64,000 bases of DNA from Octopus sinensis (Eukaryota), in the NCBI RefSeq assembly GCF_006345805.1, contig NC_042997.1, positions 211,110,001 to 211,174,000 on the forward strand, in the 5' to 3' direction. Below the pieces are notes generated by a model. It was not told the origin of the DNA. It did not search any database and saw only the letters and a program-made list of their open reading frames with translations. Positions 23,926 to 35,425 of the stretch are shown piece after piece. A program made the position numbers and the translations under genes. Numbering within the stretch: the stretch's first letter is position 1; the number at the start of each line of letters is the position of its first letter.

Positions 23926-24154
23926 TAAAACAATAATAATCCTTTCTACTAGAGGCACAAGGCCTGAAATTTTGGGGAAGGGATTAAATCGATTACGTTG
24001 ACACCAGTGCGTAACTGGTACTTATTTCATTGATCCCGAGAGGATTAAAGGCAAAGTCAACCTCGGCAGAATTTGAACTCAGAATGTAGTGGCGGGCGAA
24101 ATGCTGCTGATCATTTTGTCCAGTTTGCTAGTGATTTTGCCAGCTTGTTGCCTT

Positions 24155-24231
24155 ATAATAATAATAATAATGATAATAATAATAATGATAATAATAATAA
24201 TGATAATAATAATAATGATAATAATATAATG

Positions 24232-24268
<37 letters not shown>

Positions 24269-24270
24269 TA
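24155..24270. repeat. (AAT)n/(GATAATAATAAT)n microsatellite, longer than its paralogue at ~49083-49122
   Basis: Direct reading. Confidence 0.95.
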
Positions 24271-25440
24271 ATCCTTTGTACTATTGGCACATGGCCTGAA
24301 ATTTGAGGGGAAGGGGGCTAGTCGATTACATGAACCCTAGTGTGTAACTTATACTTAATTTATCGACCCCGAGAGGGTGAAAGGCAAAGTCGGCCTTGGT
24401 GGAATTTGAACTCAGAAAGTTAAGCTGGATAAAATGTTGCTAAGCATTTCGTCCGGTGTGCTAACGATTCTGCCAGCTCGCCACCTTCAACAACAACAAT
24501 AATGTTGATGATGATGATGCGTGATACATAAACTGTCGTGATCAGCCGTCAGAGTTCGATATGAGAATGTTTGCTCCGCCTAAAACAGGAATTTATACAT
24601 ACGCACGCACCTAGTATTTATGTATGCACTTATCTTTACAATAAATTTTTATATGGATATGGAAGCACTCCGTCGGTTACGACAACGAGGGTTCCGGTTG
24701 ATCCGAATCAACGGAACAGCCTGCTTGTGAAATTAACGTGTAAGTGGCTGAGCACTCCACAGACATGTGTACCCTTAACGTAGTTCTCGGGGATATTCAG
24801 CGTGACACTCACAACGCCCGGTCTGGGAATTGAAACCGCGATCCTATGACCGCGAGTCCGCTGCCCAAACCACTGGGCCATTGCGCCTCCACAATTTTTT
24901 ATAAAATGGAATAAATATGGTGGAGGCTTGAGAATGATACAGTCGTAAATCGTCGTCTTACAAAACAAACAAGTTATACGTTAGTCTTTGGTTTCCTTTA
25001 ATTAAATAAATTAATCAATTAACGAAGAATTGTATCGATGACTGCAATTTTCTTTAGTTGAAGTGTCGATGATACATTCACAAGGAAATCGAATTTAGTG
25101 AAACGTAGGTGGCCCAGAATTATACGTGTGTGTGTGTTCTTAAGGATCGTTTTGGTCGATTGTGTGTCTAAATGCAAGCTTCTGCTTAATTCAGTGTGGT
25201 AACCTGTTGGAATTTAAACGGCCTATATTATTAATTGAGCTCTTAATTACTGTGGATATATGTATTATGTTTTGTTTTATGCAACACAACATCCCTCTCT
25301 TCTCTTTAATTAAAGAGAGGGATGATACATAAAACAAAACACAATTATATATATATATATATGATGATGATGACATATATATAATATATATATATATAAT
25401 ATATTATATATATATATATATATTAATATATATATATCTA

Positions 25441-25609
25441 GGGAGAATTCACGAAAAAAACAAAAGACGAAGACAGTTGGTGTAAACAACAAACAGATAA
25501 CGCTGGGGAAGCGAAAAAGTCTTTAACATTTCGAGCCTACACTCTTCCGCAGAAAGGAACAAGGAGAGAAAATAAAGAATATGTAGTGGCTAGCGATCTA
25601 TCATGGCGA

Positions 25610-25610
<1 letters not shown>
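25441..25610 (-). mobile_element. Putative Penelope-like terminal-repeat fragment
   Basis: Short AT-flanked fragment containing the hammerhead-like motif at 25521-25556; family assignment is by recalled motif only. Duplicate at 50261-50430. Confidence 0.55.
25521..25556 (-). ncRNA. Degenerate minimal type I hammerhead-like motif
   Basis: Minus strand CTTT-CTGCGGA-A-GAGT-GTAG-GCTC-GAAAT-GTT-AAAG. Stem I CTTT/AAAG; stem II GAG(T/C)/GCTC; core has A6->C. Confidence 0.6.
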
Positions 25611-25642
<32 letters not shown>

Positions 25643-26129
25643 ACATTAGAGGCTTCCATCATAGGAAAGCCTTGTGCTAGAAAGAGCAGTAGCAACTCAA
25701 ACCACTAATCTTTTTTTTGTACTAGGCCACTGGTAATAATAATTTCTATAATTCTTATTACACCTAATATATATATATATATATATACTATATATATATA
25801 TATATTATGACTACTAGATCAGACATGACTTGCGCCTATTGTGTTAAAATATCCTAGTGTTCTTTTAGTTGAAATACTGCCATTGTATTTCGTTCCTGTT
25901 TCTATACTACAGAAAGACTTCATTGCAGTTCCGAAGACACATTTGTTTTCATCATTTATTGTGCCTTCACCCATACACAACATGGTCGTAGCCCCCCCCC
26001 CCGCTGATCCCCCGCTACTTATGCGCGTGTCGTTGCTATTTTGGTCGTCTTTCATCGTCGCATGCACACACACACGCACGCAATATTGATACGGAATAGA
26101 ACCAAAGTGTAACTAATATATATATATAG

Positions 26130-26165
<36 letters not shown>

Positions 26166-26378
26166 CACGATAGTGTGTCTATAGCCAGCTGGAGGAGATA
26201 TCTTCCTGGGGCTACAAACTACAGTAGCATCCACCCTTAGGGGTTAGCCATATTCAAATGGCAAATATGCGTCACGATATATATATATATATATATATAT
26301 ACGCACACACATACTGTATTTATTATTCAGACATGAAACAAACTGTATGCAACTATATATATATATATACATACATAG

Positions 26379-26566
26379 TAGAGGGAAACCACTATGTGGA
26401 CACCCTTATGCTAGAAATAGATCCGCTATGGTCTTACCACTAAGAAATGTTCTCTAGAAAAATTAGCAAAACAACCGAAACGTAATTGAGCTAAACATTT
26501 CTTAGTGGTAAGACCATAGCGGATCTATTTCTAGCATAAGGGTGTCCACATAGTGGTTTCCCTCTA
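26379..26566. mobile_element. MITE with ~70-bp near-perfect TIRs
   Basis: tagagggaaaccactatgtggacacccttatgctagaaatagatccgctatggtcttaccactaagaaatgtt and its exact reverse complement, with a ~45-bp spacer. Duplicate at 51185-51370. Confidence 0.9.
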
Positions 26567-26691
26567 ATATGTATATAATGCAATTTTACTGAACTTTCAG
26601 TTTTTTTTATATGCTAGACCACTGGTGTGAAACCGATGTTAATTAAATTAATATCTAATTTCTTACCCTCATTTTAAATTTATACTATATA

Positions 26692-27177
26692 CTAGCAGTA
26701 TCGGCCCGGCGTTGCTCGGGTTGAAGGAAATCTATATAAGCATTTATAGATTATAGCCAAAAAGTAGCAAAAAAATGCATTAAAAATGGAAAAAATGATG
26801 GTAAATTTTTTTTAAAAATCGTTGACTCATCGTAGACATTTTAGAGAGTTACTTCCCTTATATAATAGCGAAAAATGCATTAAATGGAAAAAATGATGGT
26901 AAATTTTTTTTTAATCGTAGACTCATCGTAGACATTTTTAGAGAGTTACTTCCCTTATATAATAGCGAAAATGCATTAAAATGGAAAAATGATGGTAAAT
27001 TTTTTTTTTAAAAATCGTAGACTCATCGTAGACGCGCGCTAATACCCAGAAGGACTCGATATGAATCACGACTATAAGATACCCGGTTTTGGTTACACTG
27101 CACCGCAAATGTGGGAGTAGTTAGGAATCTAAATCGTAGGAGACAGACAGCACACACCTCACTTTTATATATAAAGA
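26692..27177 (-). mobile_element. Non-autonomous Helitron with an internal ~97-bp tandem repeat
   Basis: Minus strand starts A|TCTTTATATATAAAAG and ends with hairpin CCCGAGCAACGCCGGG plus CTAG|T. Duplicate at 51499-51895 has one fewer internal unit. Confidence 0.85.
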
Positions 27178-27485
27178 TTATTATATCTCAACATAGAAAG
27201 AAAATGCGAGAGGGGACAGGTTTTATTACATGGAACCAAAGTGTATGTAAGTGTGGGTGTGTGTGTGTATTAGAAAGAGAGTAATATAAACACACACACC
27301 ATGGTTTTTTATGGCAGATTGAAATCCAAATGTCTGTACTGCGTGTTTTAATTTCTGGTAATTTCCCATCCCACCAAACCGGTCCAAACTCCGACACACA
27401 CACACACACCCGATATTCGTTTTTTTTTTTTATATCGTCTCGGCTCTAGAACCTTCTACCATCCTACCATACACACAAATACATG

Positions 27486-27748
27486 GTGCTACTGTCGAAC
27501 AGAGGTCCCGGTGCGCACACGCGCAGTCGCGCATCCGCGCTAGCCAGCCGTGACTAGTCGATCCTACAACGACTACCGAGCAAAGTAAACACTAAATAAA
27601 TAATTTTTGTTAAACAAAATAAATAAAACACAAAAACACAAAGTAAATAACACAAAAACACAAAGTAAGGATCGACTAGTCACGACTAGTTGGCGCGGAT
27701 GCGCGTGTACGCGAGTGCGCGCACCGGACCACTGTTCTCAAGTAGTAC
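27486..27748. mobile_element. CpG-rich inverted-repeat element (MITE-like) with an (acacaaaa)-rich core
   Basis: gaacag..cggtgcgcac..gcgcatccgcgc..gtgactagtcgatcct pairs with aggatcgactagtcac..gcgcggatgcgc..gcgcaccgga..ctgttc. Duplicate at 52212-52457. Confidence 0.7.
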
Positions 27749-30700
27749 CCAAATATATTTATATATTTATATAAAGCTCCACGTACTCGCTTTTTTTTGT
27801 TACACACGTTTAAATACTGCTCTCTCCCCCCACTCTCTATGTATGTATGTATGTGCGCGCGCGCATGTATATACATAAAGAGAGAGAGAGAGAGATAATT
27901 AGTAATTTCTCATTTTGCTCCCCCCCGCCCCAACCTCGACCCCTTCCGTGGGCTCTGTTGCCTTCTAATATATTCCTTTATCGTAAATGTGTTCTCCATA
28001 GAATGCTTAACCTTATTCTATTTACTCAATCTTATCGCACCTGTATTTACGTAATTGATTCCCCGTCTCTTCTACCTGCCAATACTCGGTGTTTTATTTT
28101 AAATCTTCTCATCCAACTTACATATAATGCGTCTTGTGTACGAAACGTTCTTGACTTTATTATTATTATTATTATTATTGTTTGTGTTGTGTGACAATCA
28201 CTATGCTGTTGTTCATTGCTTTCGTTAATACAATAATCCATACCGGAATGATTAAGGAATTAAGTGATCGTTAATCCTATTTCCGTGTTTGCTTACTCAT
28301 ATCAGTTTGTTGTTGTTGTTGTTGTTTGATTAAACTGTTTATAGCCTCAAGTCAGTGTTTTCCTAAATAGAACTGATGTCATTCGACCGCAAGCATCAAA
28401 ATAAATGTTTTTATCAGCTGTGTTTCATTTAGTTCCAACTGATAACAACACATACGATAACAATAATGATATAACAATAACGATAATAATAATGATAATA
28501 TAAGATAATAGAATGATTATTTTCCATTGTAAAGGTCAGAACTAATTTCCTTATAAATAATTTATCTTTTCATTGTTTTCTGATTATATATACACATATA
28601 CACACATATACACATGCATACATATGTATGTATTGCACTGCTGTACTCAAGAAGGCCTGTGCACCCCCAGCACAATTGATAACGGTGCTGGTGTCACGTG
28701 AAAGGCACTCGTGTTGGTGTCACATTAAAAGTGCTAATTAACGTCTCTGGAGTGGTTGGTGTTAGGAAAGGCATCTTCGGTAGAAACCAACCCAGAAGAG
28801 ACAACGGAGGCAGGTGAGGCCCCTGCCTTACTGGCTCTGGTCAAACTATCCAAAGCATGCCAGCATGGAATGAAGCATTCTGTGATGCTGAGGATGTGTG
28901 CATGTATACATACAGGTATACATACAGGTACCTCCATGCATATACTTGTGTGTGGGTTTTGTTTTGAATATGATTTCTATCAGCAACAAAAGCTCCCTTC
29001 TCAGTGCAGGACTGGTATCCTGGATTGGAATAATTTTAGTGACCTAGGGCAGTGCTGCCTTTTTTTTTTTGGCCAGTGTGCCAGGGAGCAGTAATTTTCT
29101 TAGTAATATTGACCTTTGAAGTTATGATGTGATTGAGAAGACCTGGCAACTAAAGTGAGATCGCAGCCACGCATGTCCGGCCCTGTTAAGAATAACCCTG
29201 ATGCATTGAGCGATATTATTTGCTTGAAAGACCAATTGAGTCAGAAAAACCAATATTGTAGCTGTGGCCAGTGACCCTGACTGGCTCCAATGCGGGTGGC
29301 ATGTAAAAAGCACCCACTACACTCTCAGAGTGGTTGGCATAGGAAGGGCTTCCAGCTGTTTGAAACATTGCCAGATCAGACTGGAGCCTGGTGCAGCTGC
29401 TGGCTCTCCAGACCTCACTCAAACCATCCAACCCATGCCCAGCAGGAAACAGACATTAAACGATGATGATGATGATGATGATATATGTACTGAATATTAT
29501 AAAAGTTGACAATTTTTTTTATCTTGTATTTATTTTGTAAACAAATAATACAATCTTACCAAACATTTTATTATGTTTCTTTTCTGGAAAGTCGATGCAT
29601 ACCGGCAGCTGATGGCTCGCCGACCGGCACGAGTCTATGGACCACTGTTTTGGAGTAGCACCGACCTAGGGTATAGTCACAGCTGACTGATAAACTATAT
29701 CACCAGCTGTGGGGAGAACTTTTCAAAATGTTAAACTTCTCAGCTTCATAATTATTACTAAGGTTGGCTTGCGAAGACATGTGGGGCAAGCGAAATCGAA
29801 ATCGAATTGAACCAGCCAGGATCCCTGATCTGGTGGTACGTAAAAAGCACTATCCGACTCGTGGCTGATGCCAGCGCTGCCTTGACTGGCTTCCGTGCTG
29901 GTGGCACATAAATACTCTAATCCACCGTGGCCGTTGCCAGCCTCCTGCCTGGCACCTGTGCAGGTGGCACGTAAAAAGCTCCCACTACACTCACGGAGTG
30001 GTTGGCGTTAGAAGGGCATCCAGCTGTAGAACACTGCCAGATAAGACTGGAGCCTGGTGCAAGCCTTCTGGCTTCCCAGATCCCCGGTCGAACCGTCCAA
30101 CCCATGCTAGCATGGAGAACGACGTTAAACGATTTGATGATGATGTTTGCTTTTTGTCTTCATCCTTCTAGAATGATGAAATAAGTTCCTTGTCAAATCA
30201 TCATCATCATCACTTAGCATCCGTTTCCATGCTGGCATGGGTTGGACGGTTTGGACTGAAAACTGGTAAGCCGGTGGGGTCCTGCACCAGGTTCCAATCT
30301 GATTTGGCAAGGTTTCTATGCTAGATGCCCTCCCTAACACCAACCACTCTGAGGGTGTAGTGGGTGCTTTTTATGTGCCACTGGCAGAGTGCCATTGACC
30401 TGACACTGGCATCGGCACAACTATGCAACTACGGTCTCACTTGGCTTGACACATCAGCACAAGCACAGTGTATCATCACCCGTCACTGCCTCCATGAGGT
30501 GCAATGCTCGAATGGTGCCTTTTATGTGCCACTGGCAGAGGTGCCAGTCAGATGGCACTGGCACCGGTCACGACTATGATTTTAATATTGAGTGTAAATT
30601 GAAGTGATTATCTTTCTCCTAATTTCAATGGATAATGCAGTGGTTTTTGTCTATGGACCCCTAAAATTCCTATTTACTTGGGTGTGGCCCCTCATAACCA

Positions 30701-32805
30701 TTTGACATTTGAAAAAAATTCCAGCATATTTTTATAATTAAATATTAGGAATTGCATAAAAAAATTAAGATATGGCAGGAGTGGTGTGTGGGTAAGAAGC
30801 TTACTTCCCAACCGCATGGTTCTGGGTTCAGTCCCACTGTGTGGCACCTTGGGCAAGTGTCTTCTACTATAACCTCAGGCTGACCAAGCCTTGTGAGTGG
30901 ATTTGGTAGATGGAACTGAAAGAAGCTTATCATCATCATCATCGTTTAACATCCTCTTTTCCATGCTGGCATGGTTGGACGGTTCGACCGGGGATCTGGG
31001 AACTAGGCTCCAGTCTGATCTAGCAGTGTTTCTACAGCTGGATGCTCTTCCTAACGCCAACCACTCCGTGAGTGTAGTGGGTGCTTTTTACGTGCCACTG
31101 GCACAGGATCCAGGCGAGGCTGGCAACGGCCACAATTGGTTGGTGCTTTTTACATGCCACCGGCACTGGTATCACAACTACAATTTCCATTGATTTTTTT
31201 ATATAACGTATATATTTTATGTGTGTCTGTGCTTGTCTCTCTCACCATTGCTTCACAACCAATGTTGATGTACTTGCGTCCTCATAACTTAGTGGTTTGG
31301 CAAAAGAGACCGATAGAATAAGTACTAGGTTTACAAAGAATAAGTCCTGGGGTCGATTTGTTCGACTAAAGCAGTGCTCCACCAGCATGGCCGCAGTCAA
31401 ATGACTGAAACAAGTAAAAGAATAAAAGAATAATAGAAACACATTTGGTGCATTGAAGAAGTACAAGCAATTTTGTTTGCAGATAAATTTTACCAAAAAA
31501 TCTTCTGTGGACCTTTGAAGGGTCATATGGATTGACCCCAGTTGAGCAAATTGGATAGAAGTAAACAAGTCCAACCACCAGGATGGCTTGTTTGCTGTAG
31601 CCATGGTCTGGAGAAGGCTTTTCATGAAGTACCGTAACGTATCACAAGCTACATGCGTCTTGCGAAAGGTCTTCTCCAGAATCTGGGAGTCACTATGGGA
31701 AACCTGATTTAGGCCAGGAGACCCTTCCACTTCATGGAACCGACACCGATCCTTTGACATTCTCCCCCCCACACACTCCCTCTTGTAAAATTTTTAAATA
31801 AATTAAAAACTATACTCTACTCTTTTACTTTTTTCAGTCATATGATTGTGGCCATACTGGAGCACCGCCTTTAGTCGAGCAAATCACCCCCAGGACTTAT
31901 TCTTTGTGAGCCCATACTTATTCTTCGGTTTCCTTTTTGCCGAACTGCTAAGTTTCGGGGACATAACACACCCAGCATTGGTTGTCAAGTGATATTGAGG
32001 AACAAACACAGACACACCACGACGGGCTTCCTTCAGTTTCCACCCACCAAATCCACTCACAAGCTTTGTTCAGCCTGAGGCTATAGAAGAAGACACTTGC
32101 CCAGGTGCCACACACAGTGGGACTGAACCCGAACCATGTGGGTTGGTAAGCAAGGCTACTTACCACACAGCCACCTTCCTGCACCTGTAGTGAATAAAAA
32201 TTTCCTTGATTTAAAATACTTCCAGCATATTTTTATGCTGTTATGTTTTCGAAAAGAAATATTTAAAGAAACTTAATGAAACACTTAATGAAATTGATAT
32301 CAATCCACTTTTGCTGTTTCCTACTCTCTCTCTCTCTCTCCCTTGCTCTTCCCTCTGGCTGGGTTGCCAAGTCTCCTCTACAGAAGCACACCTATTTCTG
32401 CCCTCATTCTTCGTCACTCTCTCTCTCTCTCTCTGTCTTTTTCTCTTGTTTTTCCCTCTGACCAGGTAACCAAGTATCTCCTTTACATCAACATAATTCC
32501 TTTTCTTGCAAGGTACTTGGTGACCCTGCCACTGCTAGTGCTACATTAAAAGCATCCAGTCCACACTGTAAAGCAGTTGGCATTTGGAAGGGCGTCCAGC
32601 TGTAAAAAATCATGTCAAAACTAACCTCATCTGTGCTAGTGCCATGTAAAAAGCTCTGAGTCCACTCTGCAGAGTGGTTGGTGTTAGGAAGGGCATCCAG
32701 CTGTAAAGACCCTGTCGAAACCGACACACAGGGTAGTTTTTCTCCCTGGCCAGCTCCTGTCAACTGTCCTACTCATCATGGAAGATGGACATTAAACTAT
32801 GATAA

Positions 32806-33278
32806 TCTATATATATAAAACTGAGAATGTGTGTGTGTGTGTCTGTCTGTCTGTGTGTGAATCCCTAAAACTTGAGAACTACACAATCAATTTCATTCAA
32901 ATTTTACACATGCCTTACTTAGGGTCCAAGACCCAAGTTAAAAAGATTCTCAACAATTCAAATTCTCTGGTTGACACTAAGACACCCACCCCCAACAGGG
33001 GCCTTAACTCTCACATTTTAGAGCTCCATGACCTTCATTTTTCAGGTGCAAAATCCTTTTTACAGGTTCAGTAAGACTGGAATTTTGGAATCTGTGCATA
33101 AAAATCAGTAGTATGGGATACATGTGTTATGATTACAATTCTTTTAGGGTGTGTAAAGAGGGAAATAACCCTCATTGCAATTTTGATGAAATTCGAAACA
33201 TAGATATTCTAGTTCATTACAGAAAAGTCTAATTCTTCAATTGAATGTAACACGGGCAATGCCGGGTATCTCTGCTAG
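32806..33278 (+). mobile_element. Non-autonomous Helitron (second family)
   Basis: 5' end A|TCTATATATATAAAACTGAGAATG(TG)n; 3' hairpin CACGGGCAATGCCGGG followed by TATCTCTGCTAG. The next base is A rather than the canonical T. Confidence 0.7.
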
Positions 33279-33490
33279 AATATATATATATATCTCCCCA
33301 TGCCGGTGGCACGTAGCACCATCTGAGTGGCTGGCGTTAGGAAGGGCATCCAGCCGTAGAAACACTGCCAGATCAGAATGGGCCTGGTGCAGCCTTCTGG
33401 CTTCACAGTTGAACCGTCCAACTCATGCTAGCATGGAAAGCGGACGCTAAATGATGATGATATATATATATATACATAAACACACACACA

Positions 33491-34151
33491 TACAAAGTCA
33501 AGTCAAAAATTATCCGCACCTCCGCCATAACATCTCTTTATTATTGTCACACTGCCTTCTGCACATGTGTACTTATGGTTGGTACTATTGTGGTCATGGG
33601 ATTGAAGTTTGTGCCTGATTGCACCATTTTTCTTTCTGGCTTTACAGTGTAAGCACGGCCACTCCACTAGCCATGTGCACCAAAGAAGAAAAAAGAACAG
33701 TCATCCGGTTCTCTGGTCGGAAGGTGTGTCAGGGGCTGAAATTCATTGGAGGCTTTTAGCACAATATGGAGGCTTTTAGACAATGCACTACCGTGTAGTG
33801 GTGTGTCTGGGTGGATCAAGAAGTTTAGAAGTAGGTGGACAATGAAGAAGGAGCAGGAAGCCTGTTAACCTCCACCACTGACGAGAAGATTCAGCAAGCT
33901 TGAGAGATGGTAAAGGTGAACCGGTTCCCCATTACCATCTCTCGGATCACTGCTTCTTTGTTCTTCTTTCATACACATCACTAGTGCAGTAGCTATGCTT
34001 ACACTGTAAAGCCAGAAAGAAAAATGGTGCAGCCAGGCTCAAACTTTGATCATGTCCCCACAATAATACCAACTGTAAGTACGCATGTGCAGAAGGCAGT
34101 GTGACAATAATGTTATGGTGAAACTGAGGATAATTTTTGACTTCCCCTCTA
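33491..34151 (+). mobile_element. Mariner-derived element with ~165-bp inverted ends and a transposase N-terminal remnant
   Basis: 33491-33660 is the reverse complement of ~33990-34151 (aagtcaaaaattatcc..ccataac..ttattgtcacactgccttctgcacat..ctggctttacagtgtaagca). Internal remnant MCTKEEKRTVIRF..EGVSGAEIH..WIKKFRS. Confidence 0.8.
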
Positions 34152-35425
34152 CTGATGCTATATTCCTGGTAAGACAGCTGCAGGAGAAATACCTAGCCAA
34201 AGATAAGCCCTTGTACCTGGCTTTTGTTGACTTGGAGAAAGCCTTTGACAGGGTCCCCCGATCCCTTATCTGGTGGTCAATGAGGAAACTAGGGATAGAA
34301 GAATGGTTGGTGAGAGCTGTGCAAGCTATGTACAGAGACGCTGCTAGTAAGGTGAGGGTTGGCAACGAGTACAGTGAAGAATTCCGGGTAGAGGTTGGGT
34401 CCACCAAGGTTCAGTCCTCAGTCCCCTCCTATTTATCATAGTCCTCCAGGCAATAACGGAGGAATTCAAGACAGGTTGCCCCTGGGAGCTCTCTATGCTG
34501 ACGACCTTGCTCTAATTGCTGAGTCACTATCAGAACTGGAGGAGAAGTTTCAGGTGTGGAAACAAGGATTAGAATCGAAGGGCCTTAGAATCAACCTAGC
34601 CAAAACCAAAGTCCTAATAAGTAGGAAGGTAGATCAATCACAAACGCCTTCAGGTAGATGGCCCTGCTCGATCTGTAAAAAAGGTGTAGGTAGAAACTCT
34701 ATAAGATGCACCAAGTGTAAGCTATGGACACAAAGGAAGGCTAACTAGGAAAATAGTTTTTGTCTGTGGCAAATGCTCAGGAGCAATAAACACTGGAAAT
34801 GTGCAGAGACCAACTTCTGCCACGTTCCAGGGAGACAAACTAGAAGTAGTTGATAGCTTCCGCTACCTAGGAGACCAAGTCAGTAGCGGGGGTGGGTGTG
34901 CTGAAAGTGTAACTGCTAGAGTAAGAATAGCCTGGGCAAAGTTTAGAGAGCTCTTACCCCTGCTGGTGACAAAAGGCCTCTCGCTCAGAGTAAAAGGCAG
35001 ACTGTATGATGCAGTGTACGTAAGCCATGCTACATGGTAGTGAAACATGGGCCGTGACTGCTGAGGATATGCGTAAGCTCGCAAGAAATGAAGCCAGTAT
35101 GCTCCGATGGATGTGTAATGTCAGTGTTCATAATCGTCAGAGTGTAAGTTCCTTGAGAGAAAAGTTGAACCTAAGAAGCGTCAGTTGTGGTGTGCAAGAG
35201 AGACGGCTGCGCTGGTATGGTCATGTGACGAGAAAGGCTGAAGATAGTTGTGTGCAAAAGTGCTACACCCTAGCAGTTGAGGGAACCTGTGGAAGAGGTA
35301 GACCCAGGAAAACCTGGGACGAGGTGGTGAAGCACGACCTTCGAACTTTAGGTCTCACTGAGGAAATGTCTAGAGACCGAGACCTATGGAAGTATGCTGT
35401 GCGTGAGAAGACCCGGCAAGACTAG
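34150..35425 (+). pseudogene. RTE reverse transcriptase, 5'-truncated, several frameshifts
   Basis: TDAIFLVRQLQEKY..AFVDLEKAFDRVPR; YADDL; SFRYLG; LHGSETW; RRLRWYGHV; GRGRPRKTWDEVVKHDL..EKTRQD*. Confidence 0.95.

Larger units (their letters stand above)
13214..32304 (+). repeat. Segmental duplication copy A (~19.1 kb)
   Basis: Colinear with 37989-57002 from cattggtatattattgttatttt to gaaattgatatcaatc; differences are substitutions, small indels and microsatellite length only. Confidence 0.95.

Noticed and set aside
26232-26250. Telomeric TTAGGG
   Set aside because: A single motif, not an array.
31242-31772. 176-aa ORF
   Set aside because: Half of it is antisense SINE-A; it has no domain, and it is not preserved as one ORF in the duplicate.
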